DNA from: Sminthopsis crassicaudata
Taxonomy: Eukaryota
Assembly: GCF_048593235.1 (NCBI RefSeq)
Contig: NC_133617.1
Location: forward strand, 74,980,937-75,044,936
DNA length: 64,000 nt
Direction: 5' to 3'
Each line of letters starts with the position of its first letter. Position 1 is the stretch's first letter. Shown in pieces: positions 62,950-64,000 of the stretch. The translations under genes were made by a program, and so were the position numbers. Below the pieces are notes generated by a model. That model was given only the letters and a program-made list of their open reading frames with translations, was not told the origin of the DNA and searched no databases.

Positions 62950-63750
62950 AGTCAGATTGGCTAAGATGACAGGAACAAATAACGATGAATGTTGGAGGGG
63001 CTGTGGGAAAACTAGGACACTGAAAGAATCCGGCCATTCTGGAGAGCAATCTGGAATTATGCCCCAAAAGTTATCAAACTCTGCATGCCCTTTGATCCAG
63101 CCATACTACTACTGGGCTTATATCCCAAGGAAATACTAAAGAAGGGAAAGGGACCTCCATGTGCCAAAATGTTTATGGCAGCCCTCTTTGTAGTGACTAG
63201 AAACTGGAAGATGAACGGATGTCCATCAGTTGGAGAATGGTTGGGTAAATTATGGTATATGAAGGTTATGGAGTATTATTGCTCTGTAAGAAATGACCAA
63301 CAGGATGATTTCAGAGAGGCCTGGAGAGACTTACATCAACTGATGCTGAGTGAAATGAGCAGAACCAGAAGATCGCTGTACACTTCAACAACAATACTGT
63401 ATGAGGATGTATTCTGATGGAAGTGATTATCTTCAACATAAAGAAGATCCAACTCACTTCCAGTTCATCAATGATGGACAGAAACAACTACACCCAGAGA
63501 AGGAACACTGGGAAGTGAATATAAACTGTTAGAACTACTGTCTATCTACCCAGGTTACTTATACCTTTGGAATCCAATACTTAATGTGCAACAAGAAAAT
63601 TGGATTTACACACATATATTGTATCTAGGTTATACTGAAACACATGTAAAATGCATGGGATTGCCTGTCATCTAGGGGAGGGAGGGGAAAATTTGGAAAA
63701 ATGAATACAAGGGATAATGTTATATACTATCAAAAAAACTTTATAATTAT
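62950..63750 (+). mobile_element. LINE-1 ORF2 C-terminus plus 3' UTR, antisense to SCRIB
   Basis: MPFDPAILLLGLYPKEILKKGKGPPCAKMFMAALFVVTRNWK...CPSVGEWLGKLWYM is canonical L1 ORF2p C-terminus. Confidence 0.92.
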
Positions 63751-64000
63751 AAAATTTTAAAAATTTGTATCTGATGCAAATGTCTTTGTTTTAGGTGTAC
63801 AGTCTGGTCCACTGTATTTATGAACTTCATTTTATTTTACAATTTCCTCACGAAAACCAGTAGGCAGTGTAACAGAACTGGATCTGCTAAGCCTGTAGTC
63901 AGAAAGACCCAAGTTCAAAATCAGTCTTAAGACTCTTACTAGGCTTTGTGGCTCAGGCAAGTCACTAAAACTGCAATCTGTCTCAGTAATCTTTAATAAT

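Noticed and set aside
61666-64000. SCRIB alternative exon (PLSGKKFDYRAFAALPSSRPVYDIQ-like) and earlier exons
   Set aside because: Not found on the minus strand here; the interval is repeats and intron.

Overview
Eukaryotic genomic DNA from a marsupial, most likely a dasyurid such as the Tasmanian devil. This is inferred from WSINE1, Mar1 and RTE repeats, CpG depletion and three N-gaps. The window holds the 3' half of IQANK1 on the + strand (8 coding exons, 9533-28031, phases consistent, 309 codons plus stop, polyA signal at 28069). It also holds the last two coding exons and 3' UTR of SCRIB on the - strand (61665-61385; polyA signal 60517-60522). Between them lie about 32 kb of mostly retroelement DNA, including a nested endogenous-retrovirus cluster at about 45-58 kb. 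That cluster has a gamma-like element with a tRNA-Pro PBS and an env tail, a further gamma-like LTR, and a deleted beta-like element whose gag is fused to an unidentified GC-rich coding-like kilobase. Several solo LTRs have clean TSDs. The most interesting leads are: (1) the unidentified sequence fused to the beta-like gag; (2) a possible unannotated + strand gene end converging on SCRIB with overlapping polyA signals; (3) three related LTRs whose U5 end is duplicated around a PBS remnant; (4) a sense LTR 256 nt upstream of an IQANK1 exon. Most ORF-track entries are spurious. Gene and repeat names come from my recall of homologous sequences, not from database searches, and boundaries of old repeats are approximate.
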